A stretch of DNA of 64,000 nt from an uncultured bacterium (GTDB taxonomy: Bacteria > Verrucomicrobiota > Kiritimatiellia > PWTM01). Below, piece by piece: positions 38,629-48,753 of this stretch. Numbering within the stretch: position 1 is the first letter of the stretch; every line of letters begins with the position of its first letter. The stretch is from the NCBI GenBank assembly GCA_900661335.1, contig CAACVY010000001.1, positions 61,379 to 125,378 on the forward strand, read 5' to 3'. The notes beneath the pieces were generated by a model, which worked only from the letters and a program-made list of their open reading frames with translations, was not told where the DNA came from and did not search any database. The position numbers and the translations under genes are program-made.

Positions 38629-40024
38629 TCTGGTGAGTTCCTTTCGCAACGTCCTCCGGTTGGTCCTGGGGGTGAGCCTATTATTCCCTGCAGGCTGCGC
38701 TCACATTCCGTGTCCGGCCGCCGGTCGCTACTCCGCCCGCGCATTCCAGCGTGCGGTGGAGAGTTCCGCCCGCCGCGCGTATCCTAGCGTGGTGGTGGTG
38801 GCGGTCGAGCGAGTTCCGTCGGGTGCTTCAGAGATGGGGCTCGGTGCTGGCGAACTCCAAATGAGCTGGCAGACCTTCACGGGCGTGGTGCTCACACCGG
38901 ATGGCTACATTTTGGCGCCGCAACGGTACAAGGCGGATTATCCCGGCCGCATCGAAGTACGGATCGGGCCGGACGTATATCCGGCGCGGCCGGTTCGTTC
39001 CAGTGAAAGCCTGGGTATGACGGTGCTCAAAATCCGGCCGCGCGAACCGCTCGTGCCGATTGAACGCCAGCGCACCGCCGACCTGGCTCCAGGCGAATGG
39101 GCCGTGATCGTGATTCCCAGCGAGTTGCCCGATGCCGAAGAACGGTTTGTGTTTCCCTCGATTTGCCGCGGCGAATGGCCGGGTCGCTTCCGCAGGTTCG
39201 TGGTCACTGGCTTGCCGACGATGGCTCGAGGCGCGCCGGTGCTGAATTTGCGGGGGGAGCTCGTAGGTTGGCTCGACGAGCGGGGAATCTTGTCCGCTCG
39301 CGATACGCGCGAGGAGCTCGACCGCTTACTACCGTCCGGCCCGGATCAAGGTGGCTTGGAAAGGGAGCGCAGTCGCGGGTGGCTGGGGGTGGTGGTGGAG
39401 CCGGTGAACCGTGACCTTGCGCGAAGGCTTTCGTGGCCGACCTCTGCATTATGGGTCGTCCACGTGGCCAAGGGCAGTCCGGCGGAGAGCGTGGGGCTTC
39501 AAAAGTTGGACGTGATCGTCGCGGTGAATGGCCAGCCGCTTCGGTTCAGTGGTCCGCGAGTGTCGGAGTTCTTCTTTCAAACGCTGGGCCAGGAGCCCGG
39601 CCGGCGGTTCCACTTGAAAGTGTTGCGCGACGGCCGATCGGTCGAGTTGAGTGGCACGTTGGCGCGCCGGCCGGTCCCCGAAACCTTTCAAGCCGATGAC
39701 TTGGGCCTCACCGTGCAAACCGTGGCCGATTACGATGTGGTCCAGCGGAACCTCTTTGTCGACCATGGCGTGTTGGTCACCGCCGTCGCGAAGGGAGGTC
39801 CGGCCGCCACGGGAAGTTCGTTCGGTCGCGGGTTAATTCAAACCGGCGATGTCATCGTGGAACTGGATGGGCGTTCAACGCCGAATGTGAAGGCGTTCCG
39901 AACTGCCCTCGACGACGTTCGGCGTCGCGACGCGGATGTTGTGCTCATTCGCTGCGTTCGGGGCCGCACGACGGAGTTCGAGGCGTTGAACCTACGGATC
40001 GGAAAAACGGGGCGACAACCGTGA
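38621..40024 (+). CDS. HtrA/DegP-like trypsin-fold serine protease with a PDZ domain (lipoprotein-like signal)
   Basis: LLFPAGC lipobox-like, a trypsin-like core and a PDZ domain. Confidence 0.6.
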   Translation: MADLVSSFRNVLRLVLGVSLLFPAGCAHIPCPAAGRYSARAFQRAVESSARRAYPSVVVVAVERVPSGASEMGLGAGELQMSWQTFTGVVLTPDGYILAPQRYKADYPGRIEVRIGPDVYPARPVRSSESLGMTVLKIRPREPLVPIERQRTADLAPGEWAVIVIPSELPDAEERFVFPSICRGEWPGRFRRFVVTGLPTMARGAPVLNLRGELVGWLDERGILSARDTREELDRLLPSGPDQGGLERERSRGWLGVVVEPVNRDLARRLSWPTSALWVVHVAKGSPAESVGLQKLDVIVAVNGQPLRFSGPRVSEFFFQTLGQEPGRRFHLKVLRDGRSVELSGTLARRPVPETFQADDLGLTVQTVADYDVVQRNLFVDHGVLVTAVAKGGPAATGSSFGRGLIQTGDVIVELDGRSTPNVKAFRTALDDVRRRDADVVLIRCVRGRTTEFEALNLRIGKTGRQP

Positions 40025-41919
40025 GTTTGCGACGTTGGGTTTGGGTCTGTTGGGTAGTCGGGGCCGCGGCGGTGCGGTGCGTGGGTTCGATGAATGGACC
40101 GCCGCCGGCGCTGGACATCCCCGACGATGTCGTGCGCCGTGTGGATCCCTCGGTCGTGGCGATCCAACACGAACGCGCAGCGGGCAGCGGTTTCTTTGTC
40201 AGCGAGGACGGCTACATCCTCACCAACGGCCATGTGGTACGGGGTTCGGACGAGGAGGATCCTACCCAACCGGCGCGTTCGATCACGGTGATCCTGTATG
40301 ACGAGCAGAAGTTCCCTGCGCGCGTGATTGGGTTTTCCCTTGACCCCGATGTCGCGCTGATCAAGATCGATCCGCCTCGGCCAATGCAAGCGGTCACGTA
40401 TGCGGATTCTCGCTCGGCCCAGGTGGGCCAAGTTTGCTTCGCCGTGGGGACGCCGATTGGACTGAAGCGGACGTTCACGCGGGGTATTTTGAGCAATGTG
40501 GAACGTGCCGACTTAGGCACGGAAACGCGTGTGTTTCAAACCGACGCCGCCATCAACCCTGGCAACAGTGGGGGGCCGCTGTTCGATCGCGAAGGGCGGG
40601 TCTTGGGCATCAACACCTACGCGGGTCGCGGAAACAACTTAGGCTTCACGCTGCCGATCCACGTGGCCGAAGTCCTACGGCAGCACTTTCTCAGGCATGG
40701 CCGCTTCGTCCGGGCATGGGTGCCCGTATTTCTGACGTCGGAAATCTATGACGAGCTAGCACGAGCGCTCCGAGTCGAACGGGGGGTGCTGATTTCCTAT
40801 GTCCTTCCTGGCAGTGCCGCGTGGAAGGCTGGCCTGCGGGACGGCGATGTGCTCGTCGAGGTGGACGGGCAACCGTGCAATGCGCGGCGGCGTGTGGAGC
40901 TGCTGGACTTCGAGTGGGAGCAGACGATTCGGAACCCAGGAGAACCTGTTCGCTACACCGTGCTTCGCGGCCCACCGTCCCAGCGTCAACGGTTGACGAT
41001 CACGGCCAAACTCGAGGCCATGGAGCCCTTGCCCCGTTTCGGCCGGCATGTGGGAGAACTTGCCGAACGCCGATACGAGGCCTTGGGCTTGGGCATATGG
41101 CCCATCGTATCGCTTCATCGCATCGTCCACGCACTGCCCGACACGCCCGGGGTGCTGGTGGCTTCCGTCCAGCCGTCGAGCCCAGCGGCGCGGGCCGGTC
41201 TGCGACAATTCGATATTCTCAGCCACGTTGCCGGTCAGCCGTGCGCCGATTTTGGTTCATTCGTCCGCGCATTCGAGTCCGAGCTGGCACGACGGTCGCC
41301 GACGATTGAGCTGATGGTCACCCGAGGTCACCGTACCCTTCCCACGGCATTGGCGCCGCACTATACCCTCCACGGCCTTCGAACGCTGTTGGTCCACACG
41401 GACGATGAGCCCGCCATGGTGGACTTGGTCGCCTGGGAACTTCTGGCCATGGGGGCCAGCCTCCATCGGAGCAAACCGGAGATCCCCATCGAGATGGCGA
41501 CTCAGACTTGGGGGATGGTGGTTTTGTTCGGTAACCGTGGATGGTCCGCCGCCACGACCAACCTCGCCGAGGTGCTGTCGCAAACGTGGAAAAACCATGG
41601 CGTCCTCGCGGCCGCCGGGGCCTCCGTCTGTGTGCCCATGGCCGTGATCTCCGAGCTGAAACACAAGCGTGTGACTACTGCGCCCGCGTGGTCCAGCCAG
41701 GTCGTTCAGTTGGGAGGGAAGTATACGGGCAAGGACGTGGAAACCGACGGCCGTTGGGTGACGGGGACGGCGACCGAGCGCGCCACCGTTCGGGCGTTCC
41801 TTCGCGCCATCCATCGGGTGGCCTGGGCCACCGTGACCGATGGTGAACCCACAGAGGAAGAAGGCGAAGATTCGAGCGATAGCGCCGAGGAAGAGCCGGA
41901 CATTGACCCCGGCCCTTGA
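40021..41919 (+). CDS. HtrA/DegP-family serine protease with a PDZ domain and a C-terminal extension
   Basis: GSGFFVSEDGYILTNGHVV (His), D..ALIKI, GNSGGPLFD (Ser). Confidence 0.75.
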   Translation: MSLRRWVWVCWVVGAAAVRCVGSMNGPPPALDIPDDVVRRVDPSVVAIQHERAAGSGFFVSEDGYILTNGHVVRGSDEEDPTQPARSITVILYDEQKFPARVIGFSLDPDVALIKIDPPRPMQAVTYADSRSAQVGQVCFAVGTPIGLKRTFTRGILSNVERADLGTETRVFQTDAAINPGNSGGPLFDREGRVLGINTYAGRGNNLGFTLPIHVAEVLRQHFLRHGRFVRAWVPVFLTSEIYDELARALRVERGVLISYVLPGSAAWKAGLRDGDVLVEVDGQPCNARRRVELLDFEWEQTIRNPGEPVRYTVLRGPPSQRQRLTITAKLEAMEPLPRFGRHVGELAERRYEALGLGIWPIVSLHRIVHALPDTPGVLVASVQPSSPAARAGLRQFDILSHVAGQPCADFGSFVRAFESELARRSPTIELMVTRGHRTLPTALAPHYTLHGLRTLLVHTDDEPAMVDLVAWELLAMGASLHRSKPEIPIEMATQTWGMVVLFGNRGWSAATTNLAEVLSQTWKNHGVLAAAGASVCVPMAVISELKHKRVTTAPAWSSQVVQLGGKYTGKDVETDGRWVTGTATERATVRAFLRAIHRVAWATVTDGEPTEEEGEDSSDSAEEEPDIDPGP

Positions 41920-43379
41920 ACCGTTTTCGGAGCACCCACGAAGGCCACGCGGTGATGAACTCACGGAAGATCGCCGAGAGGTACTTGGTCCAACCCATCG
42001 CGGAATGGTTGCGCCGCCCACGTGCTCGGCTTCAGCCGCTCATTGCCCGAACGGGGCGACCCAACATCGATCTCGGGCGCGTGGCCAAGGAGACGGAGCA
42101 GGTGGCTACGGTGGCCGAACCCATTGTGATCCATGACGCTTCGCACTGGGCGACGGTGGTCGAACAACTGCCGCCGGATGTGGATGCGATTCTGCCGGTG
42201 AGCGTTCCGGCCTATCCAACGGAATGGTGGAATTCTCACCCATGGCCCTTGCTGCGGCGCCGACTGCCGGTGATTTTCTGGCCCATCCTGGACCACGACG
42301 AACCGGATTTTTGGCGGTGGTCCGCCACGGATATGTTGTCGGCCCTTGGCGTAGAGGTGTACCTGGCGCCGAGCCGGCAAGGGGCGGATCGTCTGTGCCG
42401 CGCGCTCGCGATGCGCCGCTTCTTGAAATCGTCCGCGTTGGTTGTGTTCGGCGAGCAAAACTTTCCATGGAACGCGCACGCGGCGGGGCCGCTCGTGCAG
42501 CGGCACTTGGGTACCCAAATTCGTGTGCGGCCCATTCAAGACATCCGAGAGCGCGCGGCACAAGTGGACGAACGTGCAGTCGACGAGCTGTGGGCGATGC
42601 GGCATCGTCGGTACCAGCTCGCCGGCGTGCGCCCCGAAGAGCTGCGGACGGCGCTGCGAGCGACGATCGCGATCCGGAACATCCTCCACGAAGAACGCGC
42701 ACTAGGATTTGGCGTCAACTGCTTTGGGGACCTCATCATCTCTGGGGCTCGCGACGTGCCTTGCTTGGCCCAGACGCTGCTCCGCGAGGAAGGGTTCATT
42801 GCATCGTGTGACGGCGACTTCCTCGCGATGCTGAGCATGGTCCTAACCAGCGTATACTTGGACCTGCCCTGCATGATGTCCAACATGTACCCCGTCTCCT
42901 ACCAGGGGGCGCTCCGAGATCATTTCGGAGGGCACCCGCTATCGCCTTCGCGAAAGTACCCACGGCTACGTTGGCGTCGAATGGCTCGATTGGGGCACTG
43001 CGGATTCGTGGGAGTCGTTTCGCCGGAGATGACGCCGGAGGGGCGCGTGGAACTTCGCGATTGGGGCGGTACCTACGAAATTCCGCGCGACGGACGCGGA
43101 TGCGGCAACGCGGGCCGCTTGATTGCGGGACAGCGCTTCACGGGCGTGGAACTCAAATTCGACGGCGCGACGCTGGTGGTGGCTGGCGGACGAGTTCTGG
43201 AGACCACCGAGCACCGAGGGATGCCCTATTGCGAACGAACCGCGCTGCTCGAGTTCGACGATCTAGAGAAGTTCGTGGCGAACATCTCGCGAGAACACGT
43301 GGTGCTCAGTTACGGAGATCACCGCGATAGCTTTCGCATTCTTGCGCGCGTGTTGAGGTTGCGGTTGGTGGAGTGTTGA
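41916..43379 (+). CDS. hypothetical protein, possibly a sugar isomerase (L-fucose/L-arabinose isomerase-like fold?)
   Basis: No diagnostic motif. The assignment comes from the FGGY-kinase and xylose-isomerase-fold neighbours. The start could be ATG 41955. Confidence 0.35.
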   Translation: MNRFRSTHEGHAVMNSRKIAERYLVQPIAEWLRRPRARLQPLIARTGRPNIDLGRVAKETEQVATVAEPIVIHDASHWATVVEQLPPDVDAILPVSVPAYPTEWWNSHPWPLLRRRLPVIFWPILDHDEPDFWRWSATDMLSALGVEVYLAPSRQGADRLCRALAMRRFLKSSALVVFGEQNFPWNAHAAGPLVQRHLGTQIRVRPIQDIRERAAQVDERAVDELWAMRHRRYQLAGVRPEELRTALRATIAIRNILHEERALGFGVNCFGDLIISGARDVPCLAQTLLREEGFIASCDGDFLAMLSMVLTSVYLDLPCMMSNMYPVSYQGALRDHFGGHPLSPSRKYPRLRWRRMARLGHCGFVGVVSPEMTPEGRVELRDWGGTYEIPRDGRGCGNAGRLIAGQRFTGVELKFDGATLVVAGGRVLETTEHRGMPYCERTALLEFDDLEKFVANISREHVVLSYGDHRDSFRILARVLRLRLVEC

Positions 43380-43397
43380 GAACCAGGGCGCCGGACC

Positions 43398-44774
43398 GTG
43401 TACCTGGGCGTGGACATCGGAACGAGCAAAATTGCTCTGGCTATGGTGGATGCTCGCGGCACTGTCCGAGTAGTCCGCTCCGTACCTCACCAGGCACAAC
43501 TCCGTCGTCCGCCAGGACGGGCCGAGCAGTGCCCTCACCGCATTGCAAGTTGCGTCCGATCTCTCGTGCGATCGCTGCCAGTGGAACTTCGGCGTCAGGT
43601 GCGGGCCATCGGTGTGACCGGGCAGATGCATGGGGTGTTGTTGGCCGATCGTTCCGGTCAGCCGCTGACACCCTTCGTGACCTGGCAGGATGCTCGGGCG
43701 TTGGTGCCGGACGCGAACTGGCCCGGACGGTCGCGACTGCGCTGGCTTCAGCGGCACACGGGTGTGCCGGTGCAGGCTGGGTATGGTCTAGCGACGTTGG
43801 ATTGGTGGCGCGCTCATTCGCAATGGCCACGGAACGCCGCATGGGTGGTGACGATTGCCGATTGGCTCGTGTGGGACTGGTGTGAACTGTCAAGGCCGAT
43901 CATGGATGAAACCATGGCCGCCGCGTGGGGAATCTGGGACATGGTGCGGCGGAGGATTTCACTGCGGGGGCCGCTGCGTTGCCTGCGAGCCGTCGCACCG
44001 GAGGTCCGGCCGATGGGTATGTGGGCCGGAACGCTTGGCGCGCGCACGGCACGCGAGTGGGGCGTTGCGGCCGGCGTACCGGTCATGCTGGCCACGGGCG
44101 ACAACCAAGCCTCTGTGTACGCGACGATTCATCACCCGCATGAAGAAATCGCCTTGACGATCGGCACCGGCGCACAGATCTCCGTGGTGGTGGACCGGCC
44201 GGGTCGACCGCCACTGGGAGCTTCGTGGGAGTCTCGTCCCTATCGGGGTCGGTGTGCACTCTGGGTCGCAGCGTCGCTCAATGGCGGCGCTGCATGGGCC
44301 GCTGGCGCGGCCATGCTCCGGCGGTGGTGCTCGCAGTTGACCGGCGTGGCTCCAAAGTTGGATCGAATGCTCGCCGCCATGAACCGCTTGGGGTTGCGCG
44401 CGCGGCAGCCGTGGCGCGTGGTCCCGGTTTGGTCCGGAGAGCGATTCGCGCCCGAGCTGCGGGGCGAGGTGCACGGCATCGGGCTTCAGAACATGGACGT
44501 AGGGTCGTTCGCGCGGGGGCTGGCGGAAGGAATTGTTCGCAACCTCCAATCGCTCCTCCCGGCGGGCATTCTACAGGGTCGAACCCGAGTAGTGGGTAGC
44601 GGGAACGCATTGCGCAGGAACGCCCTTCTTCGCCGCGCCGTGCGAGAAGCGTTCGGCTGCCCGCTCCGCTTGACCCCGTTTCAAGAAGAAGCTGCCGTCG
44701 GAGCAGCAAAGCTGGCGAGAGACGCGGAGCAAAATTCTCACGATCGAGGCCACGTCACAGGGCCTCGGGGTTAA
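43398..44774 (+). CDS. FGGY-family carbohydrate kinase
   Basis: MYLGVDIGTSKIALAMVD, GQMHG, ATGDNQAS, GSGNALR. Confidence 0.75.
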   Translation: MYLGVDIGTSKIALAMVDARGTVRVVRSVPHQAQLRRPPGRAEQCPHRIASCVRSLVRSLPVELRRQVRAIGVTGQMHGVLLADRSGQPLTPFVTWQDARALVPDANWPGRSRLRWLQRHTGVPVQAGYGLATLDWWRAHSQWPRNAAWVVTIADWLVWDWCELSRPIMDETMAAAWGIWDMVRRRISLRGPLRCLRAVAPEVRPMGMWAGTLGARTAREWGVAAGVPVMLATGDNQASVYATIHHPHEEIALTIGTGAQISVVVDRPGRPPLGASWESRPYRGRCALWVAASLNGGAAWAAGAAMLRRWCSQLTGVAPKLDRMLAAMNRLGLRARQPWRVVPVWSGERFAPELRGEVHGIGLQNMDVGSFARGLAEGIVRNLQSLLPAGILQGRTRVVGSGNALRRNALLRRAVREAFGCPLRLTPFQEEAAVGAAKLARDAEQNSHDRGHVTGPRG

Positions 44775-44795
44775 AATTCTCTCCAGCGCGCCGGC

Positions 44796-45713
44796 TCATT
44801 TCTGGATAAAGTTCCGCAGATGTCGCGCAGCCGTTCGGATTGCCCGTTGTCGTCCCTCGAGTGAACGTCCAAAGGTGTCGTCCTCCACTTCGATGCACAC
44901 CGGCCCCTGGTAGCCCACTGACATCAGCTCGCCGATGAACCGACCCCAGTTGATCTCGCCGAGGCCCGGGATGCATGGTTCGTGGTATTGCAGCGGTGTG
45001 GCCAGAATGCCCACGTCGTTGAGACGATCGCGTCGCAATCGGACATCCTTGGCGTGCACATGAAAGATCCGATCGCGAAATTCTCGAAGTGGCACCAGCC
45101 AATCCATATGTTGCCAGACCAGATGAGAGGGGTCGTAGTTCAGCCCGAAGTGCGGGGAGGGGATTTCTTCGAACATCCGCCGCCAAATCGCCGGCGCGTG
45201 CGCCAGGTTTTTGCCACCCGGCCATTCATCGCGGGTGAACAGCATCGGGCAGTTCTCAATTCCGATGCGCACCCCATGGTCCTCCGCGAACGCCACCAGC
45301 GGTTTCCAAACCTTTCGGAAGGTCGGCCAATTCTCTTCCACGCTCCGCGTCCAATCGCGCCCGATGAACGTGTTGACCTGTTGCAGCCCAAGAAGTTCGG
45401 CCGCCAAGATGACTTTGCGAATATGTTGGATTGCGGCGCGGGACACCTCTGGGTTCGGATCCAGTGGGTTCGGATAGTATCCCAGGCCGCTGATGGCGAC
45501 GCCGTATTTTTCGAGAATGGCGCGGATGCGGGCTACTTCGTCCGAGGAAAGCCGGTTGACGTCAATGTGGGTGACCCCGGCATACTTGCGTTCCGCCTTT
45601 CCCACGGGCCAACACATGATCTCCACGCACTCGAACCCTTCGGCCGAGGCGAACTGAATCACAGACTCGAAGTCCAAGTCCGGCAGGATGGCGCTCACGA
45701 AGCCTAATTGCAT
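44796..45713 (-). CDS. sugar phosphate isomerase/epimerase (xylose-isomerase-like TIM barrel)
   Basis: [10 protein letters not shown]...IGIEN...FHVHAKD. An AGGAG Shine-Dalgarno sits 9 nt before ATG 45713. The 228-aa N-terminal extension of the listed ORF is not coding. Confidence 0.75.
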   Translation of the reverse strand: MQLGFVSAILPDLDFESVIQFASAEGFECVEIMCWPVGKAERKYAGVTHIDVNRLSSDEVARIRAILEKYGVAISGLGYYPNPLDPNPEVSRAAIQHIRKVILAAELLGLQQVNTFIGRDWTRSVEENWPTFRKVWKPLVAFAEDHGVRIGIENCPMLFTRDEWPGGKNLAHAPAIWRRMFEEIPSPHFGLNYDPSHLVWQHMDWLVPLREFRDRIFHVHAKDVRLRRDRLNDVGILATPLQYHEPCIPGLGEINWGRFIGELMSVGYQGPVCIEVEDDTFGRSLEGRQRAIRTAARHLRNFIQK

Positions 45714-46351
45714 GGCCGCAACTCCTGAGGCGGCACGCCGAATTGTCGGCAGCGTACCAAGCCATGGGAACTGTGACCCACACGGCATGGCAAAGTCAAG
45801 CTCTTTACAGAAGTCCGCCAAGGTTCGGCGGATGAATGGCGGATGGCAGCTTGGCGACGACTCCAGGCGGGGGAGTTCGTATGAAGGCGCGAACAGTCCA
45901 GTCGGTGGCGCGGAAGAGCGAACATGAGTTGTACGGCGACTGGCGAGAAGCCTCCCAGCCTCAGCCCGGCACAGTCCGGCGTGGTGGGTTAGCGCACGGA
46001 GTTGCTTGTAGACCTGCACGGCAGGGCGGGACACCCCAGACCCACCAAGGCGCTGCCGGTGCAGGTCGGCATGTGCGCGAAAGCGCTTGTGCCGCCCAAC
46101 GACCGGTGCCACAGCTCTTCCCTGTCCAAGCGTTGGAAATCTTCGACGTTCCGCGTCCAAAGGTTGGAATGTATGGAGTGAGTGATGCCGGAGATCGCCG
46201 GGTCTGTGGGCGTTCGAACGGGCCAGGGTAAGGTCGAACGGTGAACGGAGGGGGCGAATCATAAGAGGCGCTCGGGGTCCGAATCCAGACGACTTGAATT
46301 GCCACGCCCGAGTGGGCACGATGGCACGACTTTGAGGAGTTCGTTTCGACG

Positions 46352-47155
46352 ATGAGCTTTGAGTGGGTGCGAACCAAGAGTTGGATCCTCGCAGCATGTT
46401 GGGCGGCGACAGCCTTCGCCCAGTTGCCCGAGGACGTCGCGCGGTTGGCCGCGCAGCGCGAGCAACTGCGCCATGCGGTCGGGCGCGTGCGGACGCCGGA
46501 ACAACGTACGGTCTTGCTGGAGCAACTCAGTCGCGTTCAGTGGGCCTTGTTGTGCGATCCTCGTTGGACGGAGGAAAAGGTGCCACACCAGGTGGCCCCA
46601 GGCGACACATTGAGCCGAATTGCCCGACGCTACCGTACGACGTCCGAATTGCTCGTCAAAAGCAACCGGATCCGTGGGGATCGTCTGAACGTCGGGGACA
46701 TTCTGTGGGTGCCGACTGGCACTGTGGAGTTGGTCGTAGACAAGTCCGCGAACACGCTTACGGTGTTCCGAAATGGGAAATTCTTCTGCCAGTATCGTGT
46801 GGCGACGGGCGTGAACAACTGCACGCCGGTCGGCGAATTCACGATCACCGAGCGGGTGGAGCGGCCCACGTGGTGGCGGCCAGAGGACAATCGTCCGATT
46901 CCATACGGCGACCCAGAGCATGAGCTGGGTACGCACTGGCTGGCATGGAGTTTGAAAGGATTCGGCATTCACGGAACGAACAAACCCGAAAGCATTGGAA
47001 CCCAGGCCAGCCGAGGTTGCGTCCGAATGCGGAACGAAGATGTGGCAGAAGTGTTTGCGCTAGCGCCTGTGGGAACCCGTGTGCGCGTGGTCGAGAGCTC
47101 CGAACCTGGGGGAACGTTGGGCACGGTGGGGTCGAGCCAGGGGCCACCAAGCTAA
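46352..47155 (+). CDS. L,D-transpeptidase (YkuD) with a LysM domain
   Basis: Signal peptide, Lys[12 protein letters not shown], catalytic HGT...SRGCVRM. Confidence 0.8.
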   Translation: MSFEWVRTKSWILAACWAATAFAQLPEDVARLAAQREQLRHAVGRVRTPEQRTVLLEQLSRVQWALLCDPRWTEEKVPHQVAPGDTLSRIARRYRTTSELLVKSNRIRGDRLNVGDILWVPTGTVELVVDKSANTLTVFRNGKFFCQYRVATGVNNCTPVGEFTITERVERPTWWRPEDNRPIPYGDPEHELGTHWLAWSLKGFGIHGTNKPESIGTQASRGCVRMRNEDVAEVFALAPVGTRVRVVESSEPGGTLGTVGSSQGPPS

Positions 47156-47199
47156 ATTGCGCTGCGCTGAATCGCCGAGCGCGAGCGAATTAATGCGCC

Positions 47200-47225
47200 T
47201 GGAACAGGGACTGTTCCCGTTGGGC
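47200..47225 (+). terminator. GC-rich hairpin downstream of the L,D-transpeptidase gene (possible intrinsic terminator, no U-tract)
   Basis: The perfect inverted repeat ggaacag-gga-ctgttcc is flanked by gcgcc/gggcgc. Confidence 0.25.
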
Positions 47226-47540
47226 GCAAGGTTTCCGACTGGCTCCGTCACTTGCCGACGAGTGCGAAGCCAGTGGCACGGGATAGCCCGCGAGCGCGGC
47301 GTCGGGTCCCTGGATCCGAGTGGGTGTGAGCCGAACCGTAGGGAAGGAAGAAAGCGAAGACTCGATCCAAGCGTTCAAAATTGTGTGCCGTTTGGATGCA
47401 GTCGGACCGGGATGGGATGCCGCGGCTTCAGTTGTGGAGAGGCGAACGCTACGTGTATTTAGGTGCGGGCCCCCATCCAATGGCTGAGCGCCAAGCCCCA
47501 CGTCATCCCTGCCTCAATTCGGCTGCGCTCGCCATCGTCA

Positions 47541-47570
47541 TGGTTTTGATCCAGCGAAGGCTTTTGGATA
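47541..47570 (+). promoter_or_regulatory. sigma70-like promoter for tRNA-Gly
   Basis: TTGATC - 17 nt - TATAAT, ending about 18 nt before the tRNA 5' end. Confidence 0.5.
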
Positions 47571-47587
47571 TAATATGTGTGCAATAC

Positions 47588-47661
47588 GCGGGTGTAGCTC
47601 AACGGTAGAGCTCCAGCCTTCCAAGCTGGCTGTGACGGTTCGACTCCGTTCACCCGCTCCA
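47588..47661 (+). tRNA. tRNA-Gly (anticodon TCC)
   Basis: GCGGGTGTAGCTCAACGGTAGAGCTCCAGCCTTCCAAGCTGGCTGTGACGGTTCGACTCCGTTCACCCGCTCCA. Confidence 0.9.
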
Positions 47662-47732
47662 ACTTTTTCTGGGCGAATATTTGGATCGGCGATAGCGGCA
47701 GTTCGGTTGCTTCGTGCGGAGCCCAGGTGAGC

Positions 47733-48749
47733 TCAGCGTCGCAGCCAGCCCCGCGCGATCAATTCTTCTGCAATCTGAATGGCGTTTTGCGCTGCGCCTT
47801 TCCAAATGTTGTCCCCGCTGCACCAGAGGGCCAAACCATGTTCAAAACTCGGGTCACGCCGGATCCGGCCGACCAGTACTTCATAGCGACCGGAGGCCCA
47901 AATGGGCATCGGGTAGACCGCGTTGGTGGGGTCGTCCACGAGTTCGACGCCCGGCGTGTTGCGCAGGATCTCCCGCGCACGTTCGGGCGTGATCGGCTGC
48001 TCGAACTCGGCATGAATCGCCACGCTATGCCCATTGAACACCGGCACGCGCACGCAGGTGGTCGTGATTTGGATGTCCGACACCCCGAGAATTTTATGAG
48101 TTTCGCGCCGCATTTTCTGCTCTTCCGTGCTCTCGCCGGAGGGGTCTTTGAACGAGCCAACCGAGGGCAACACGTTGAAGGCAATCTGGTGCGGGTAGAC
48201 CTGGTGGGTCATGGGTTCGCCGACGGCCCAAGCGCGAACCTGTGTTTCCAGCTCTCGAATGGCCGCACTTCCGGTCCCGGAGACCGCTTGGTACGTGCAG
48301 GCGATGAAGCGACGTAGCCGGGCTGCGCGATGTAACGGCGCCAGCGGCATCAGGGCGATAATGGTGCTGCAGTTTGGGTTGGCGATGAATCCCTGGTGAT
48401 GCTGCAATGCCTCTGCGTTGATCTCGGGGACCACGAGGGGCACCCGCGGGTCCATGCGGAAGTCATCCCCGTTGTCAATTACGATCGCCCCGCGTCGCAC
48501 GGCTTCCCAGCCCAGGGTCTGGGACGCGCCTTTCTCGCCTTCGGTGCCGGCGAAAAAAGCGATGTCCACATCGTCGAACTCTTCGGGCGTGGCCGTCCGC
48601 ACGTCGTAGGAGATCCCGTCGATCACCTCCGTCCGCGCGCGGCGGGCCAAGACTTTCAGGGATGCCATGGGGAACTTTCGAGCGTGAAGAAGGCGGATCA
48701 TTTCCGTCCCGACCGCTCCGACCCCGACGACAGCTACGCGCCAGTTCAT
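47733..48749 (-). CDS. asd: aspartate-semialdehyde dehydrogenase
   Basis: VAVVGVGAVG, the active-site FIANPNCSTI, and GHSVAIH. Confidence 0.85.
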   Translation of the reverse strand: MNWRVAVVGVGAVGTEMIRLLHARKFPMASLKVLARRARTEVIDGISYDVRTATPEEFDDVDIAFFAGTEGEKGASQTLGWEAVRRGAIVIDNGDDFRMDPRVPLVVPEINAEALQHHQGFIANPNCSTIIALMPLAPLHRAARLRRFIACTYQAVSGTGSAAIRELETQVRAWAVGEPMTHQVYPHQIAFNVLPSVGSFKDPSGESTEEQKMRRETHKILGVSDIQITTTCVRVPVFNGHSVAIHAEFEQPITPERAREILRNTPGVELVDDPTNAVYPMPIWASGRYEVLVGRIRRDPSFEHGLALWCSGDNIWKGAAQNAIQIAEELIARGWLRR

Positions 48750-48753
48750 CGCT

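Noticed and set aside
45714-46397. 228-aa N-terminal extension of the sugar isomerase ORF
   Set aside because: No isomerase family has this extension. An ATG with an AGGAG Shine-Dalgarno at 45713 gives the canonical 305-aa enzyme. The upstream composition is Arg/Ser/Pro-rich.
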